Shown here piece by piece: positions 12,836 through 30,169 of a stretch of 64,000 nucleotides of DNA. The first letter of the stretch is position 1, and each line of letters opens with the position of its first letter. This DNA is from the human T2T-CHM13v2.0 reference genome, Homo sapiens. The notes beneath the pieces were generated by a model. That model worked only from the letters and a program-made list of their open reading frames with translations, made no database searches and was not told where the DNA came from. The stretch lies in the NCBI RefSeq assembly GCF_009914755.1, contig NC_060926.1; one strand, written 5' to 3'. A program made the position numbers and the translations under genes.

Positions 12836-14733
12836 CTTGTATACTAATACATGATGTTATGTATAAATACATATACACACATGCATAGGAGTGCATGCAG
12901 AAACTTCTCTTTTTTTCAAACCGGCGTGGATGTATGATTTAAAATTTAAAATGCTGGAAGACCATTGCTCTGAAGTTTTTCAAGGGCAAGAAATATGCCT
13001 TATTTATTCAGAACATATAGCATAGTGTTGGGCACACAGGTGACTTTGTTGAATTTAACCAAAATTAAAATTTTAGCAAACTCCTATTCCTGTCTATAAA
13101 GGTATTTGTGAAGTGTTTAAAGATTTGGATTAGGAGAGAAAATTATCTTGCCTACTAAACTTGATGTGTATGAGAGTTAGCGAGAATTTGAGAAAGAAAT
13201 GGAAAGTAATAGAGAAGAAAATTAATGCTAAGAGAACTTTCATGATTGCAAATGTTTTTTAAAATCATGAGGAATGCAGTTTTAACAGATGTATCTTTGT
13301 AGTTTGCCAAATGTAGCTAAAATGCAACATTGTCATAGACTAGAAGATCTATGAGGATTTATAAAAGGGAGTAGTTATTTTTAAAGCAAATGAAATTTTG
13401 AAGGTAAAGTATGTTTGGTAACCTCAATTCTCCAAGCTCAGAACTACAAAAGTCCTTTCAAAATTCCCTTTACAAGGAGCTGCCCCAATTTATATAGTAT
13501 TTATATATGCCTTGGGGTATCTGTCAATCAGTTTCAATTACTAATCTGAAAAAAGGGGCCAGAAGTCTAAACCAGAGAGAATTCCAGTGAAATAAGTGTG
13601 ATTATCATATAGCAAATGGCTCTCCCAATTTTAATAAAATTGTAACTCCTGTTATTTACAATTCCAGATGAAGAATGCAGAAAAAATGTAAAGAAAAACC
13701 ATCTTTATGATTTGTGTAAGGATGAATGGATACACAAATGAATAAAAGATTTACAAGCTATATGTATTTTAGCATTGTTTTCAGGGTAGAGTTGAATGTA
13801 TGTATTTGCATATAACGTGAGATAGTTGGAAGGAATTTTTCCTCTCCTAATTAGTTTTTTAAAAAGTCTTCATGAACATGATGAATTTAGGAGCCTCTCT
13901 AGGATTTTTTTCCTTATAAAATATAATAGTCCTATCTTTTCTGCTGCTTCTCTATTTTAAGCACAGCTGATTCCAATTTAGTTGTTTCTTTAGATTTTTA
14001 ACATCAAGCCAAAATAAATATCTACAAATTTGTGTTACTCTTGGACAATTCTTTCTTACTCTAAGGCATACATTTCCTGAAACAAAGTTATTTTTATATC
14101 ACTCGTGATTATCTTTAAAAATCAAAAGAAGAAAATGTATAGTATGAGAGATTTCTCATTAAGAAAAAAATTAAAACTAAGGTATGGGACTGTAATTTAG
14201 AACACCTAAAATAACTCCATAAAATTCTTTTTTTTTTCAGTGATCATTTTAAAAGCTTTAATTAATATGCACATGAATAATATATTCTCTTCACAAAATA
14301 CTATCCTAAGGGAAATTGACTAAAGATAATATTGGTACTCAGTTTCAATATCTAATTCCAGCTTAACACTTAATTTTTAGACAGCTATCTGTATGTATAC
14401 TTATTGTCTACATACAAGAGAAAGGATACCAATAAATATTTATTTGACAGTAATTCTGAAATTCAGATAGAAGCCCTAAGGACCTTGGTTTCAGAGTCTA
14501 TCCTTATCTTCCTACTCCACCCTCTTCCCATTACCATTTTGAATTATTAGGTTGTTCAATAAATAAGGCAAATGCTTGAAAGTTTGACACCAATCCATAC
14601 TAATGACTGCGGTTGCACATTGGAATCCACTTGAATTGTTATTTCCTTTGTGTTGACACTACTCTACACAGCTTACAGGCTTGGCTGGTAAATTTTCAAG
14701 TAGGTCATTCTTCATCTGCATGTTTCAGATTCT

Positions 14734-16402
<1,669 letters not shown>

Positions 16403-17619
16403 TAGAGTTGGTAGCTTCAACATTTCTGTTAAATAGAAATCATAAGTATTGAAAAAATGCCTACAGTTTTATGCCTCATTTTATGTGTAGGTGTTTTATT
16501 TTTTAAGTCACTGAAGAAAAAAATATGGCATGAATAACAGTTGTAAATACAAAAGTTCAATTAGAATAACTACTCATTTCCAAACTCACTTTCCTAATCG
16601 TTTTCACCCTCCAATCTCAAATTGATGGAGGAGCTATTCTGCTTTGAAAGCCAATCCTCCATTTACACTGTAGCAATGGGAATCCCTTACTTAGCCATCT
16701 TTACTGACAATCTCATAAGGTTAAAGGACATAACAAAGTGCTGAGAAGCCAAGCTGCTCCATGCTCACATTGTGTGCCCTGTGTTGAAACTTCCAGAGGT
16801 TTATTGATGCAGTGGGACTAGAAAAATGAGAGCAGAACCAATTTTCTCCCTGGCCTTCACCCTTTCTCACAGACCACAAGCTAACCACTGTTATTGAAAG
16901 GACACAAGAATTTTTCTCTTCTGTTTTTTGTCAAGCTAAAATAATGATATTTCTTTTTTTCTATTCAAGGATGCTTTGGTAGGTTCAATATAAACCTTAG
17001 CAGCATATTGCTTATGTTTAAGACAAGTAGTTTATTTTCTTATTTTTCTCTATTACTGATACGGGACTAGTAAGAGTATTAAAATAATCTTGTATGTGAG
17101 TTTGAAGGCTTTCTAGCAAGTTGATAAGTGTAAGAAAACTTTTTATAAATGGGGAAATATAAGACAATAAATGTTACTGTTTTCAACATATCTGTTACAG
17201 AAGATTTGCATTGATAAAAATTAATACAACATATAATGAATCCTGTCTAGGAAACAATGAATTCTTCTTATAACTGTAAATTTTGAAGCAAAAGTAAAGA
17301 AAGAAAATAAGGTAAAAATAAGATGTATCCAGTGAAATTTATCATCTCATCAAAGGTTGTATTGCTTTCTCAAGTAAAGGAAATTCTGTGCTTTATAAAA
17401 TCAAAACTAGATGTATTCCATTAAGACAAGGGCTGAAAACTGGCAACCTGAGAACTGAAATATGTTTGTTTTGGCCCTCATAATATTTACTAAAATTAAA
17501 TTTGCTGAATTTCTACTACTTCCCATTTTTTACTCTGTGCTGATGCACATTTTTTGGTATCTATCTGTTTCTGAAGTCATCTGAGTTTGTGACGTCTGCT
17601 TTAGAAAGTTGCTATTGAA

Positions 17620-18200
17620 TGAGTTTAAAAAAACTGAAAAGTGTGTAGGACAGATTCTTTTATATATTACTGGTGAACATGTAAATTCTTTACAATACTT
17701 TTGGAATATGTTTAGAAATATTTGTTAAAACACTAATTCCTTTGAATCTTCCATATGTCTGCAGCCATTCTACAGAAGGACTCATACAGGTGCATAGAGA
17801 ATGTTCACTGACACATTGGTTGTGAGTAAAAAATTGAAAAAACTTCTGAATATCTATCAATAAGGTGTTGATTTAATAAACTATCATAAATTCTTATAAA
17901 GAAATATTATATAGCTCTTTAATAAAAAAATAAAGTGGTTCTAATATACACTGACATGGAAAAACATCAAGTAAATATTAAGTGAAAAAAGAAAGTGGTG
18001 AAATATTTTCAAGTTTCTTTAAAAAACAATCCCATAATATTAAAATAATAATATCTTAGTACATTAATAATATTTATCAAACTGATAATAGAAGTTGTCC
18101 TTGATTGGATGGGATTATAGTGGGTTTCTTATATTCTAAACCTATATTTCTGTAACATTTAAATTATTAAAGCAAGTATATATAACACATAATAAAAAGT
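17620..18200 (+). mobile_element. Old L1ME 3' fragment
   Basis: ctggtgaacatgtaaatt, aatgttcactgacacattg and ctgacatggaaaa resemble the L1ME 3'UTR. Confidence 0.55.
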
Positions 18201-21200
18201 GTAAATGCAGATGTTTAAGTCACCAAAACTTTCTATAAAAAATTATCAGATGAGAAACCACTTTTCTATATTATACTTGAGACTTGGCTTGGCTATTGAT
18301 ACTGTAAGAATAATGGTATGTAATATAGTCCAAATTTAAATACTTGTTAGTTATGTTTACCAGCTTTTTGATGTTTGTTTTCTTATTTAAATAAAATGCA
18401 TTTTTAGAGATATAGGTAAAATTGCTAAATATGACTCATCCTTAGGAGGAAGAAAAACACTTAAATATTTAGATACATATTTTTTGTAAACATAAGAAGA
18501 GAAATATTTGGAGCTTCATGAAAAGTAGTATGCTGGGGACTAGGTATATTCTAAATACTTTAGCTTGTTCTTTTTTTTTTTTTCTTTGACCTACATTTTA
18601 AAACTCTGTAATAACCTGTTCTGGGAGGAAAAAAAGAACATATTCCTTCTGCTGCTAGGAAGAAAACCTTGTCATCTCAGCCTTAATCACAAACTAGGCA
18701 GTGGGTTACAAATAAGCTTGGCAAAATTTAGATGCCCTTTCCTTGTAGACCATTTAGTCTACAAATGGACAGATGATATACAAGATGGCCTTCCGTCATC
18801 AAGGATAGAATCAAGAATGAGGCAAGCTTACTTGCAGGGAAAGGAATTTGTGTGCTGGCCTTGGCAAATTTTATGTCTGACGTGATCACAATGACAGGTT
18901 TATTGCTATGATGAGAGAGAATAAAAATCTTGCTGGCCTAGAGAGGAACTTGAAAATGAAGAGGGGAACACAGTCTGGAAAATGAGATCATGGCTTGGAC
19001 TACTGTCATCATTATCAATAGCAAACATATTGAGAACCTGCTAGATGAAAGAAACTAAATTAAGTATGGTGAGGCTGATGTTATAAAATCCACATGGGAA
19101 GCTGACAGTATGATATATAGTTACACTGTTGATTTAATGCCATATTTAGTCATTCTAGAAACACCAGAATTATTAGGATTTGAAAATTTCTGTTTCCCAC
19201 GAAACAATGACTTCTCTTCTCAGAAAAATGTACACAAAAGTTTGCAAGTAAAATCAGAGGTCATTCATCCATAGTTCCCTGGTTCTACTTTAAAATAATG
19301 TTCTTAACACTAGAGATATGAAGGACAGTCTGGTTTTGAACTCCAAGCTATATGCACATTTGTGTGCCAATAATATACTTCCAAAGCCATTGTAACTAAA
19401 TCTCAACCAAATATTGTCAACACAACTGTTCTAAGCTTTTTTCAGTTTAAATATAATAGCGTCTTATGTATTCTATTTGTTATTAGTTCAGTACTGGCAG
19501 CCTCAGAGTTTGAAAATGCAGATTCATCTGACCTCAGATTACTCTTGTTAACCTAGTTATAAATATTAACCATGCTTAAACAAGTTTCTTCCAAGTGCAT
19601 CTGATTATGGTTTTTATTTCTTTCCTAAGAGTTGATCTGACTAAGGTTTCCACAATGTTTCCATAAATTTCAGCTGAATATGGCTTTCACATGATTCTGC
19701 CTGTCAAAAAACATGCTAGTACTCAATGACAACATAAAAACCACACCTTACTATTTAAAGTATTGGTTTTGTCAGGTGACAAGTAAATAACGATGGTCTC
19801 TAAGATTTTTATATTCTTCTGGGTGTTTATTGACCTCACCTTTATAAAATTACTTTTAGGATTTCTAGAGCGTGTAATGTTAAGCATGTGTCAAGTTCTT
19901 CAACTCAATGCAGTGAATAGAAAATGTATGTAAGATTTTTTTGAATTCTGACTCTGCCATGGAGAGATACTTCTGGCAGAATCTGCTCATTCTTCCAAAA
20001 GTAATATTTAATCACAACCCACTATATGTAGTTCTTTCATGTGTGCCAGTTATTGAATACATTAAATGTTATATTGCAGGATAACAAGATTTTAAATTGT
20101 GTTTTCAATTAAATAGATGAATAAAATAATATGGATTAACATTAATTAATATATATTAAGATCTGCCATAAGACCACATGCTGCACTGGCTATAGTCATT
20201 GCTTCCGTATGTATCCTGTGTATGGTATTCTCCAAAGGGAAATTGAAACCAGGATACATAAAACAAACACTCAAACAGGAAACTCTGCCTTCCCTTTCCT
20301 CCCTTTATCTCTCCAAAAGAACCATCCACAGCAGTCCAGATCTCTTATTTTTTGCATCATTCTATTGTCTCTGCTGCCCAGGACAGAAGATAAGTCACCT
20401 TCTTTAAATGTCAGGAGAGAGGGATGGTGGCTAACAAACCCAACTGTTACTGACACATTCAACTTCATGCTTTTTTTTCCTGTTTATGGCACAGGGACAA
20501 AGGAAGGGTGAAAGAAGCTACTCACTGAATGCCAGTGGGTTTATGGATCCTGACCTGGTGAATACTGAGCTTTACAGATTTGTTGGTAAAGACATTCAGA
20601 GAGTGAACCACAGGGGACCTAAAAGCCCTTAACGCCAGGAACCTCACCTTGAATTTTCCAGATGAAAATATCCCTGCATCCTAGATATATAATGAAGGCT
20701 ATTTATCTGATCTATCAAATCAATGTCATATTATAAGTAGCTCAAAGAAAAGGTTTTATTATCATCAATTAATGTGTCAGTTTTATAAGTGTAAATGGAA
20801 AAATTATTATTACCTTTACATTGATTTGTTAAGAATTATTAGCAATTATTCAGAGTGTAACACCTCCTGTCAGAGAGCTCACAATTTTTTTAAAAATTTC
20901 ATTTATAGTACATCAAAGAAATATCATTATATTGTTCACTCCAAACTTTCTTTTCTGTAACTGTGTCCTTTTCAAGTTATCATACTTCTTTTCTCTTGCT
21001 TTTCCCTTTCTCTACACTCCCATTTCTATTTTCTTCTCTTTGTATTGATCTTAGAGTTTCTTTTCCTTACCTTAATTAAATTTATGACCTAGATTTACCA
21101 CTTGCCTTCCATTTTCTTTTTGATTTGTTCAATTCAGAAACATTTATTGTCTACCATGTGCACAGGCACTGAGAATCTTAAATGAAGAAGAGGTAGCCCC

Positions 21201-24200
21201 TGTTTGATGAAACTACTGAGCTTTTTTTTTCCCTTCAGCTCCTGAGGACAGATGAGAAAAGTAAAACTACAGTGTTTGTGGATAAAGAAAGAAAACAGAG
21301 TTGGCCTGTATCTTTAGCATTATTAGCAAGGACCCACTGCTCCAGCAGTACCTTCAGCAGTTCACTGGTGGCTACAATTCCTTAAAGAGGCAAGATTATT
21401 CATCCCACAACACAGGAATATCTGCATATAAAAATACCCCTGAGAGAAATCCAGTTAATTAAGCTTTTCTTATGTGCAATTCCCATGACACTTTGTATAA
21501 TTCCTTTTATTATTATTAATTATTATTACTACTACATACCACCCTGTCTCTAATTGTGCTATTTTCCCCAAAACCAGTAGGAAAGTGGGACAGGCCATTT
21601 TGAGGCTGTGGGATTCTAATTTTCAGTGATACCTTCGTGATTCTCACTAGCTTTCTCCTTCTTTGAAGATTATATCTGCTGCCTCTCCTTTCCCGTATAC
21701 TTCATGAACTAGCTAGGTGCGTATTCTATCCCATTTACCCAGTGTCCCCACTTCCATCCAGTCTCTCACAACTCATGGCGAAGAAAGGACATATCTCTTT
21801 CTTATTTCCATATGGACTGAAAGAGCCATTGTGTGGAATTGCTTTTGAAATGAATTATTGACATTTTCAATGGCATCTTCCCTAGTATCTTGCCTTGACA
21901 TTTCTCCCATTTTTTTCATAGTCATCTCCAGTAATAGAAATAGATATTCTATTCCCTTACTTTCTGTTGAAGTGCCTCCTCCCCCTCTTAATTAAATAAT
22001 GAAATTATTTATCTTTGCATTGAGTCTTGACATATTTTCTGGCATGTAGCAATACACTTGTGAACACTGTCTTAGAGATACACTTCTCACTTATGAAGCA
22101 TCTTGCATTTTGCCATTCCTAGGTACCTGTTTTGCCAATTTTCAAGTAGTAAAAACTATGTTTAACAATTCTATCACCACAAATACAGAGAGAGTTTTCT
22201 ATTTTCCACATTTGGAAAAGAAATACTCCTAACGATATCTCATGCTACAGGAAGCATGAGTTATTCTGGAATAGTGGATTGAAAAAGTACGATGTTATTT
22301 AAGCAACCAAGACAGGGTCAAAATTTTCATTAAGTCTTATCGTTTTCTTTAAAATTTATGCAACCCTTTGCATTCAACCTGATGGTATATTTATGTTTGT
22401 TGTAATACAAGATAATATTTTGATTACTTAAAGCATTTTCTCTAAGTATTTTTAGTAAAACTGACAGATCAATATGCACTGTTTTTACTCTGTGGCTTCA
22501 TGTAAGTCCAATATGCCTCGTCTGATAGGGAAGCAGGAATAGACAAAAATTTGCTTTTTCTTTCACTCTGCCCAGCTAGTACACTGAATTTTCATGGCTA
22601 ACCTACTTGATTTTCTTCCCAGTCGTATACACACCTACTTTTCCCCTCACACCAGAATGAGCTGACTTTTTACCTGACATATAAAAGCTTCCTTTATTGT
22701 TTTCCAATATTTGATTATTTTCCCCTAATGGCTATGTATTTTAAACATTTTTGCATAGCTCCTCTAGATGTTTTTGATTAACAACTTAAAGAGAACAAAG
22801 GCTTTAGTCTGTTCCATAATTTACAGTGTGTCTTGAACAGCTGATGTATAAAAAGATGCTTAATAAATGCATTTTGATGATGACTTTTTAATTCATTTTC
22901 CACTCCTCTCTTTCTGCGACCTTTTTATTTAAATCAACGTGAATTTATATTTGCACTCCAAGTGGCTGCCTGCTAGAGATACAGTTAACAATAAGCAAAA
23001 AGTCAGAAGTAAGAATAACAGTAATAATCGCTGGTATAAAAGTGGTGTAAATTTTCAGAATTAATTTAATTCTGTGCCTGAGTTATTTTAATTTTCATGT
23101 AAGACTGATTTTTGCTAAGGGTGTTTGTTAGCAGCTATGCTGGAGCAAACTCTAAGAAACTAGAGGTCCTGGAAATCTGAATAAATCTACAGGTGAAGAC
23201 TACTCCTTGAACTTGGGAAAACATCAGAGTTGCTGTTAATGTACAAATAAACCCAAAGGATAAAATGCCAGTAGTGATTGACCTGTAGTCCATCCCCAAT
23301 AAAATGACATGAAGTGACAAGACTCTCCAGCCCAAACCTCTAACCTATTACTATTCCTGGATAGCAGAGTGCATGTCTCACTGAGGCAAGGTGTTGGCAA
23401 GCAACCAGTTCTCCCTCTCTTTTGCTCTAAAATGCATTGAATAGGCTGTTGAACTTGTTTATATTATTTGCTCCAGTGGCTTGCCTTGGCAAATTACTCC
23501 CTGTCTTTATTGTTAAATTCAGTGTACTGGTAGTGTTTTAATTTTTGTTTGCAGCCCAGTGTTTGACATTTCCACTAGTGTAAACAATATTGGGTAAGTT
23601 GATATTCTCTCTGAGACAGAAGCTTATAAAGTTTCTCTTTTCCTCTATTTGGTAGTCTTTTACCCAGTAACTTGCAAGTCTTTATTTTTACCTTTAAAAT
23701 TATCTTAATTCTATGAGAAACATAATTAATACCTGCGATCTTGTCTGTGCTCTACTGCTGGGCAAGGCAGTCTCCTCCTTATCTCCTTCGAAAGCTTAAC
23801 TGTGAAGTCAGCTTCTCTTCACTATTCTCTGCACACTAAGCCCTGGAGACTCATGCAGACATTCCTTGTGTTCCACAACACACCACATTGATCTTTCCCA
23901 TTTTATGGCACCAGTTCTTTTTTTCCCCAGGAATCCCTGCTGGCTTGTCCCTGTAAGATTCTGGTTACATTCTGAATTACCAGTTTAGTCTAAATTTCTA
24001 AAGCCTGAACTCTGGGTTCTAGTGACCTAGAGGGGTAATTCACCTGCCTGGATGGCCCTGTCTGGAAGGGACCATCCATCTTCTGTACCTGGTAGTTTGG
24101 TAGTCCTTCTCTATTTATCTTTAATATAGTTTCTGGGTAATTTGTGTAATTTATGCATCTAGAAATAACTTCCCAGGAACATTTTGTATATATTTGTAAA

Positions 24201-26903
24201 AATCAAATATTTTTACATGGCGGGGTTTTCTCTGAAGAGTATGGCCTTCCAAAGAAAATTTTACATTATAACGTCTTGTATTGCCCCAACTGCTTGAGCT
24301 TAGAGTCAATATTTTATATACCACCAAACAATCAACCTATTTTATTTGAGTATTTACCTGAAGGGTCAGTTACTGTTTGTAGTTCGAATTCTAGCTCAAT
24401 CCCCATCTAGAGTTTCTGCCCTTCTCTCTCTACCTGAATAGCTGCTATGTAATCATATCCTCTACACCAAATGCATTTTTTTTTTTTAGACAGTGAGGAA
24501 GGACTTCCAGGTTCTTTTTTAATTGGATAATTCACATATTGGATATTATACAAGTTCATAAAGGAAAGACCCTTTTGTTTTATTCTTTACTCGATCACTT
24601 TTCATATGGCTCCTAGAATTCTGTCCCTCAGTGGCTCCTGAGCACTACAGAGGTCGTCCCATAGGACACAGATTGTCCTAAGGCCTCTCTCCTCTGTCTT
24701 CAGCTACTTCAAAATGACTTGAAGCTGGAGGTCTCTCTACCACATAATGGGTGGTGCCTGCCTTCAAAGTTTTCTGCCCATTTATAGCACAGGTTCTTCT
24801 CTCTCCACTTTAGAGCCCTGAGGGACAGCCAACCCAGGTGACACACATCGTGGGATACAAAGGTGAATTAGATAATCTCTGCCTATAGAGAACACAAATC
24901 TAAATGCAATTATACAATATCTCCTAAACTCTCATGTGACCACTGTAGACCTCACACCCATGATCAGCTCATTCCACTGTTAGAACCTGGTGTCAAGATC
25001 TGAGCAGTTGTTTCTATCTCTCCTGTCATACACTTAATGAAGGCACAAGCCTTGATCACCCCAGTGTAGGGTGACTGCTCATACTTGCTAAGGTAATGGG
25101 GTATACAGCCAACAATTCCCTTCTACAGAGTTTATAGTTTTCTAATTATTTTTATCATGTCCTAAAAATAAGATCACATAGGTAGAGACCAAAATTGCCT
25201 TCTTATTAATGAGGAAACTAATCTTAGCCAGGTCTAGAAATTGAAACTCTGTTCACCACAGCACTGTCCATGCTGAACAGTAACTAAATGTACTGTCACA
25301 ACCTTTGAGGAATCATTAGAATTTTCAAACATGGTTTTTCAAACTGTGCATTGACTTCCAGAACTTTTGATACTTCGTCCTCACTTACCTAGCACATCCT
25401 AATATTCCTAGCATTTCCTTCTCTGGGAAACTAGTTTGCCTAATGCTGAATATCACTGATGGGACTGATCTGTGCCAGTAAATGGCATGGAGAAAGTCAA
25501 AAGCTTGAGAACCAGGCCTTTGAGAATTAGATGAAGCTTTCGAAAGAAAAATGCCCATACACAATTTTTTGCAGATTATTTCCTAGTGCTTAGGAATCAC
25601 TTAAAACTCACTGTTTAGTGCATACCTTGTCAGCATTGGTGAAGATGCATGTCTGTACGTGTGTACGTATGAGTGTAAGCATATATGTACATAAACATAT
25701 AATAAACAAAAGGGCTCCAACAATTCATAATATAATGTAAACTACTTTTTTAAGTTGTCAATAGTTTGTGAGCACCTTCACTATATCATGAAAATATCCA
25801 ATGACCTCATAATTTTAATAGCTGCATAATATTATACTGTATGGATGTATCAAAATGTATGATCAATTCCTTATTACTGAATAGTAAGGTTTTTATATTT
25901 GCCCACTATTAATAGTGATCTGTAAAGTTAAATCTTTAAATACATGTATGATTATTCTCTCTGTATAAATTCCTAAAAATTAATTTTAAGACTTTTGATA
26001 AGAAATGCCAAATCAATGGAAATTCATCTTGTATATTCTACTTGCAAGTGATCATAGTATTCTCTCTTAGTGATAGAATTTTTACATTGGAATAGACACG
26101 ATTATGTAGGAATATTCACAGCTCTCAAGATCTCTGATGTTAAGTCTGTATGAAATATGAAGTAGCAAATCCCAATTTTTTTCTGAATTTACTGAGAATC
26201 TGTGGTTGCATAAGTAGCAGTAGACTCTCATTCTCCTCTGAGATAGATCAAGCAAGTAGTTGGCTCTTATTATCAGTTGAAATATGTCATGTGGCTGTGT
26301 CCTCTCCTGAGTAGACTGAGGGTGACAGTTAGCTGGCTTCCTGGGATGGCTGAAGTATCCATTGACTCACACTTAATTTGAGGCCTTGGGATTTTCTTCT
26401 ACTTTACTAGACCAGGTTGCCTCATCTGTCTTCCTTAACTATACCAGACATCTATCTGGACTGCAGAGCTCTTCTCTAAGCTGTTCATGTATTTTTACAT
26501 TGTTATTCTTTTATTAATGATATTTTAATCTAATTTGTTTACTTTTTTAATTAATAAAAGAAAATTTCTTGTAACCATGGCATGCAAATTAAAAATACAT
26601 TTAGCTAGTAAAGACAGAAACATAAAAGTTAAACATATTTACCTACAATCTTATGAACATTTAAATGATATATTAATAAGATTTGAAACTGGATAAATAG
26701 TTATTACCACATTTCCAATATTATTTAGTTGAAACTTTTAAAGTTCAAATACATTGTTTTCTATCTATTTTTAAAAATTTGGCATGGGAGATGAGGAATA
26801 AGACATCTCAATCATCAAACTAAATTCTTTTCTTTTTTTCAAGATTATGTTAATACTCTGCTAAGGAATGTAGAAGTTGGTTATAATACTAGGATTTAGC
26901 TTA

Positions 26904-27037
26904 GTTTTTCATTTTTAATTTTCATGGGCACATACTAATAGTAGGTGTATACATTTATAGGGTACATGAGATGTCTCAATACAGGCATACAATGCATAAT
27001 AATAGCATCACGTAAAATGGGGTATCCATCTCCTCAA
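26904..27037 (-). mobile_element. Short 5'-truncated L1MA 3' end
   Basis: gtaggtgtatacatttatagggtacatgagatg...aatggggtatccatc, flanked by a perfect 13-bp TSD aggatttagctta (26891, 27038). Confidence 0.9.
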
Positions 27038-27084
27038 AGGATTTAGCTTATTTTGAAGTTGCAATAAAATCAGTGGTTTCCAGT

Positions 27085-28700
27085 CATTCAATAAATATGA
27101 CTGAGCTTCAACTATATGCAAAGCACTTTTCTAGGGCCTTGAACACATCAATAAAAAAAGAGATCAAGACACTTGCCCTCCAGTATCTTAACTTTCTAGT
27201 GACGAGAGATAGACAAGGTTAATGAAATATTATATTATGTTTGTATATTTTATATATATATATACACACACAATGTTTGAATATAATATATATTCTGTAT
27301 ATGTAAAATATACAGAATATCATATAGTATGTTAGAAAGTGATATGGAATAAAATAAAACTGGAACTAAGTAAGTGGAATCTGAGGTACAGAGTAGAGGG
27401 GCAGAGTGACTGGACACATTAGGCTTTACTAAGAGAGGAAAAGAATTGAAAGAAATTGAGCAGGTAGCCAAGGAGTCATCTGGAGAAATAGTGCTCCAGG
27501 AAAAAGGAAGAATTAAAGCAATGGCTGTCAGGCAGGAGCAAGCCTCCTTCTTCACAGCACAGCAATGAGGCCATAGACAGCTAGAAATGGTGATTAAGGA
27601 GAGTGCTGTAGGTGATAAAGCCAGTGGACCTAGTTATATGGTTCTTTTGGCTAATGAAAGACTAATTATTACTCTGATTAAAAGGGAGAACCATTGGAGG
27701 GTTTTGAGAAGAGGATGACATGATCTGACTTAGATATTTAAAAGGATCTACCTGGCAACTGTGTTAAAAGTTGGCTGTAAAAGAGAAAAAATGTAGGAGA
27801 TCTTTTCAGGAGGCTTGGACCAGAGTGAGAGAGTAGAGGAGAAGGAAATGGTTTGATTCTGAATATATTTTGAACGTAGATCCAACAGGATTTGCTGATA
27901 GCTTGTGAGATGCTAGAAAAGGGTGGAAAATTATAAGTTTACTTGAGAACATAATAAGTTTAAAATATCCATTGTACACTCAGGTGGAGATATCAAGGAA
28001 GTAGTTGTCCTGGGACATGCAGTTTAGGAGAATAGTCTGGAGAGAATATATAAGCTTGAGAGTCATCGTCATGAAAATGATGCCTAAAACCACAAGAGAC
28101 TGTAAGATCACAAAAAAGGTAAATGTAAATAGAGAAAGGAACCAAGAATTGAGACTTAACCCTCTACAATTTAACGAAAAGGTTAGGAAGAAAAGGAGAA
28201 CCAGCAAAAGAGAAAGAGAAGGACCAATCAGTGAAGTAAGAGGAAACCCAAAAGAATGGGTAGTATGGGCCACAAATAAAGAGTGTGCATCAATGAGAAT
28301 AAAGCGACTGGTTGTGTCAAGTGTTTCTGATGGGTAATAAAAGGGGAACTGAGAATTGACCATTGCATTCAACACCATGGAGACCACTGGTGGTGTTGAC
28401 AAGCATAGTTTCAGTGAGCTGGTGGTAGTAAAGGCTAATCTATATGGTTTTATGAGAGAATGGGTGGAGAAGATTTAGAGTGTGTATAAACAATTAATGC
28501 CAGGAGTTTTGCTGCAAAGGAGAGCAAAGAAAAGGGGCAGTCACTACAGGAGACATGGTGTGAGAAGGTTGTTAATATTATAAGTGGGAAAAATAACAGC
28601 ATGCCTAGGTTGAGAATAATCCAGTAGAGAGTGAAAAATTAATGATGCAGGAAAGTAAAAGAATTGCTGGCCCAGTGTCCCCGAGCAGGCAAGTTAGGAT
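27085..28700 (-). mobile_element. L2a element with an internal TA-rich expansion at about 27230-27330
   Basis: Tail tcattcaataaatat, plus ccattggagggttttgag, gacatgatctgactta and ggttgtgtcaagtgtttctga. Confidence 0.85.
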
Positions 28701-29234
28701 TGGATTTGGCACAGAGGGGCAAGGAGCATATTAAATAAATTTGTAATATACATTGACCTTGACAGGGTCATTATGAACAGTTCAAAAAGTCCAAAATTCT
28801 GGTGGAGATGGAAAATATGTAGAGAGGTATCTGGGTTATTGTCACTTATTTCAAGGTTATGAATTCTTAACAGGGGCCATGGGGATGTGGGCCATATCTG
28901 TCTTATTTACTCTGTGTACCTGGTGCCTAGGATGAGTTCTGGCCCATTAAATAGATATTTAATAAATATTTGCTAACCGATTTGGTGATGGGAATATTTT
29001 ATTTTCTTCCCTTTTATTTGTGTTTCTTAAATTTAGAAAAATGAATATGTATTACTTTTTAAATTAAATAATAAACATTGCTGATCTTAAAGAGAGAAAT
29101 AGATCCAGGAAAATACAATTAGTCATTTCAAGTGAAATGTAATATTTGAATGATAATTTACCTCAGGTAATTTGCTAAACACTCTATAATGCAGAACCAA
29201 AATAAAAAATTGATACTAGATTGCCTATTATTTG

Positions 29235-29395
29235 TTATTATTTGTCTGCAGTACATAAAGTTAATTATGTGTTATTAGCCCCACTTTATAGATGAGGAAA
29301 CCAAGGCTCATAAATGTTAAGTACCTTGCCTGAAATCATAACATGAAGTAGAAGACCTGGACTGCAGCTAGGTCTGTCTAACTCCATGCTCAATA
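29235..29395 (-). mobile_element. MIR
   Basis: Core ccccactttatagatgaggaaaccaaggctc. Confidence 0.75.
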
Positions 29396-29422
29396 CCCTT
29401 CTTCACAAATATCTGTCTTCTG

Positions 29423-29743
29423 TTTGTTTGCTTTTGATTTTTTGTTTTGTTTTATTTTGTTTGAGACAGAGTCTCACTCTGTCGCCCAGGCTGGAGTGCA
29501 GTGGCGCAGTCTCGGCTCACTGCAACCTCTGTTCAATTGGGTTCAAGCGATTCTCCTGCCTTAGCCTCCCGAGTAGCTAGGATTACAGGCGCCCGCCACC
29601 AGGCCCAGCTAACTTTTGTATTTTTAGTATAGATGGGGTTTCACCATGTTGGCCAGGCTGGTCTTGAATTCCTGACCTTGTGATCCACCCGCCTAGGCCT
29701 CCCAAAGTGCTGGGATTACAGGCATGAGCCACCAAGCCTAGCC
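29423..29743 (-). mobile_element. AluS element
   Basis: Full dimer with degenerate (TTTTG)n tail. TSD tctgtcttctgt on both sides. Confidence 0.95.
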
Positions 29744-30169
29744 TCTCTGTCTTCTGTAACGCTGGTACTCTGCATACAAATGCTACCTAAAAGCTCAATG
29801 CTGTATTTTCTCCGAGTCAGATTCATTCTAAACAATTTCTTCACCACATAAATTCAGAACTATTTTCTGGGGGTTTTATTTTGACTTAAAGAGTGTTTTT
29901 AATTAGTAGTCTTCTAAGAAATGTAGAGCACATTTGAATGAGTTCAGAGAATTTTCCTCAAATGATGTAATGTATAACCAGGTTTTCAAAATAATAGATA
30001 CATATCTTTATTACCTAGAAGAAAGGAGGGATTTAAACTATGAAAACCTATGTATAATTTGGGATCCTGGAAAATATTACAAATCAGAAAGTGAATTACT
30101 TATACTTTTTTCTAAAGATGGATTTACAACTGACTTAGAGAGAAGTGCAGAGTTTAAATCAATTTCAGC

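Noticed and set aside
21221-21400. Strong acceptor tttttttttcccttcag at 21238 (similarly 23930) and orphan donors at 32508 and 41830
   Set aside because: No convincing partner splice site at exon distance, and such sites are expected by chance.
27980-28402. 140-aa hydrophobic ORF resembling a membrane protein (also 8339, 38202, 39501)
   Set aside because: These lie within L2 or L1 remnants, where strand-biased pyrimidine content yields Leu/Phe/Ser-rich frames.
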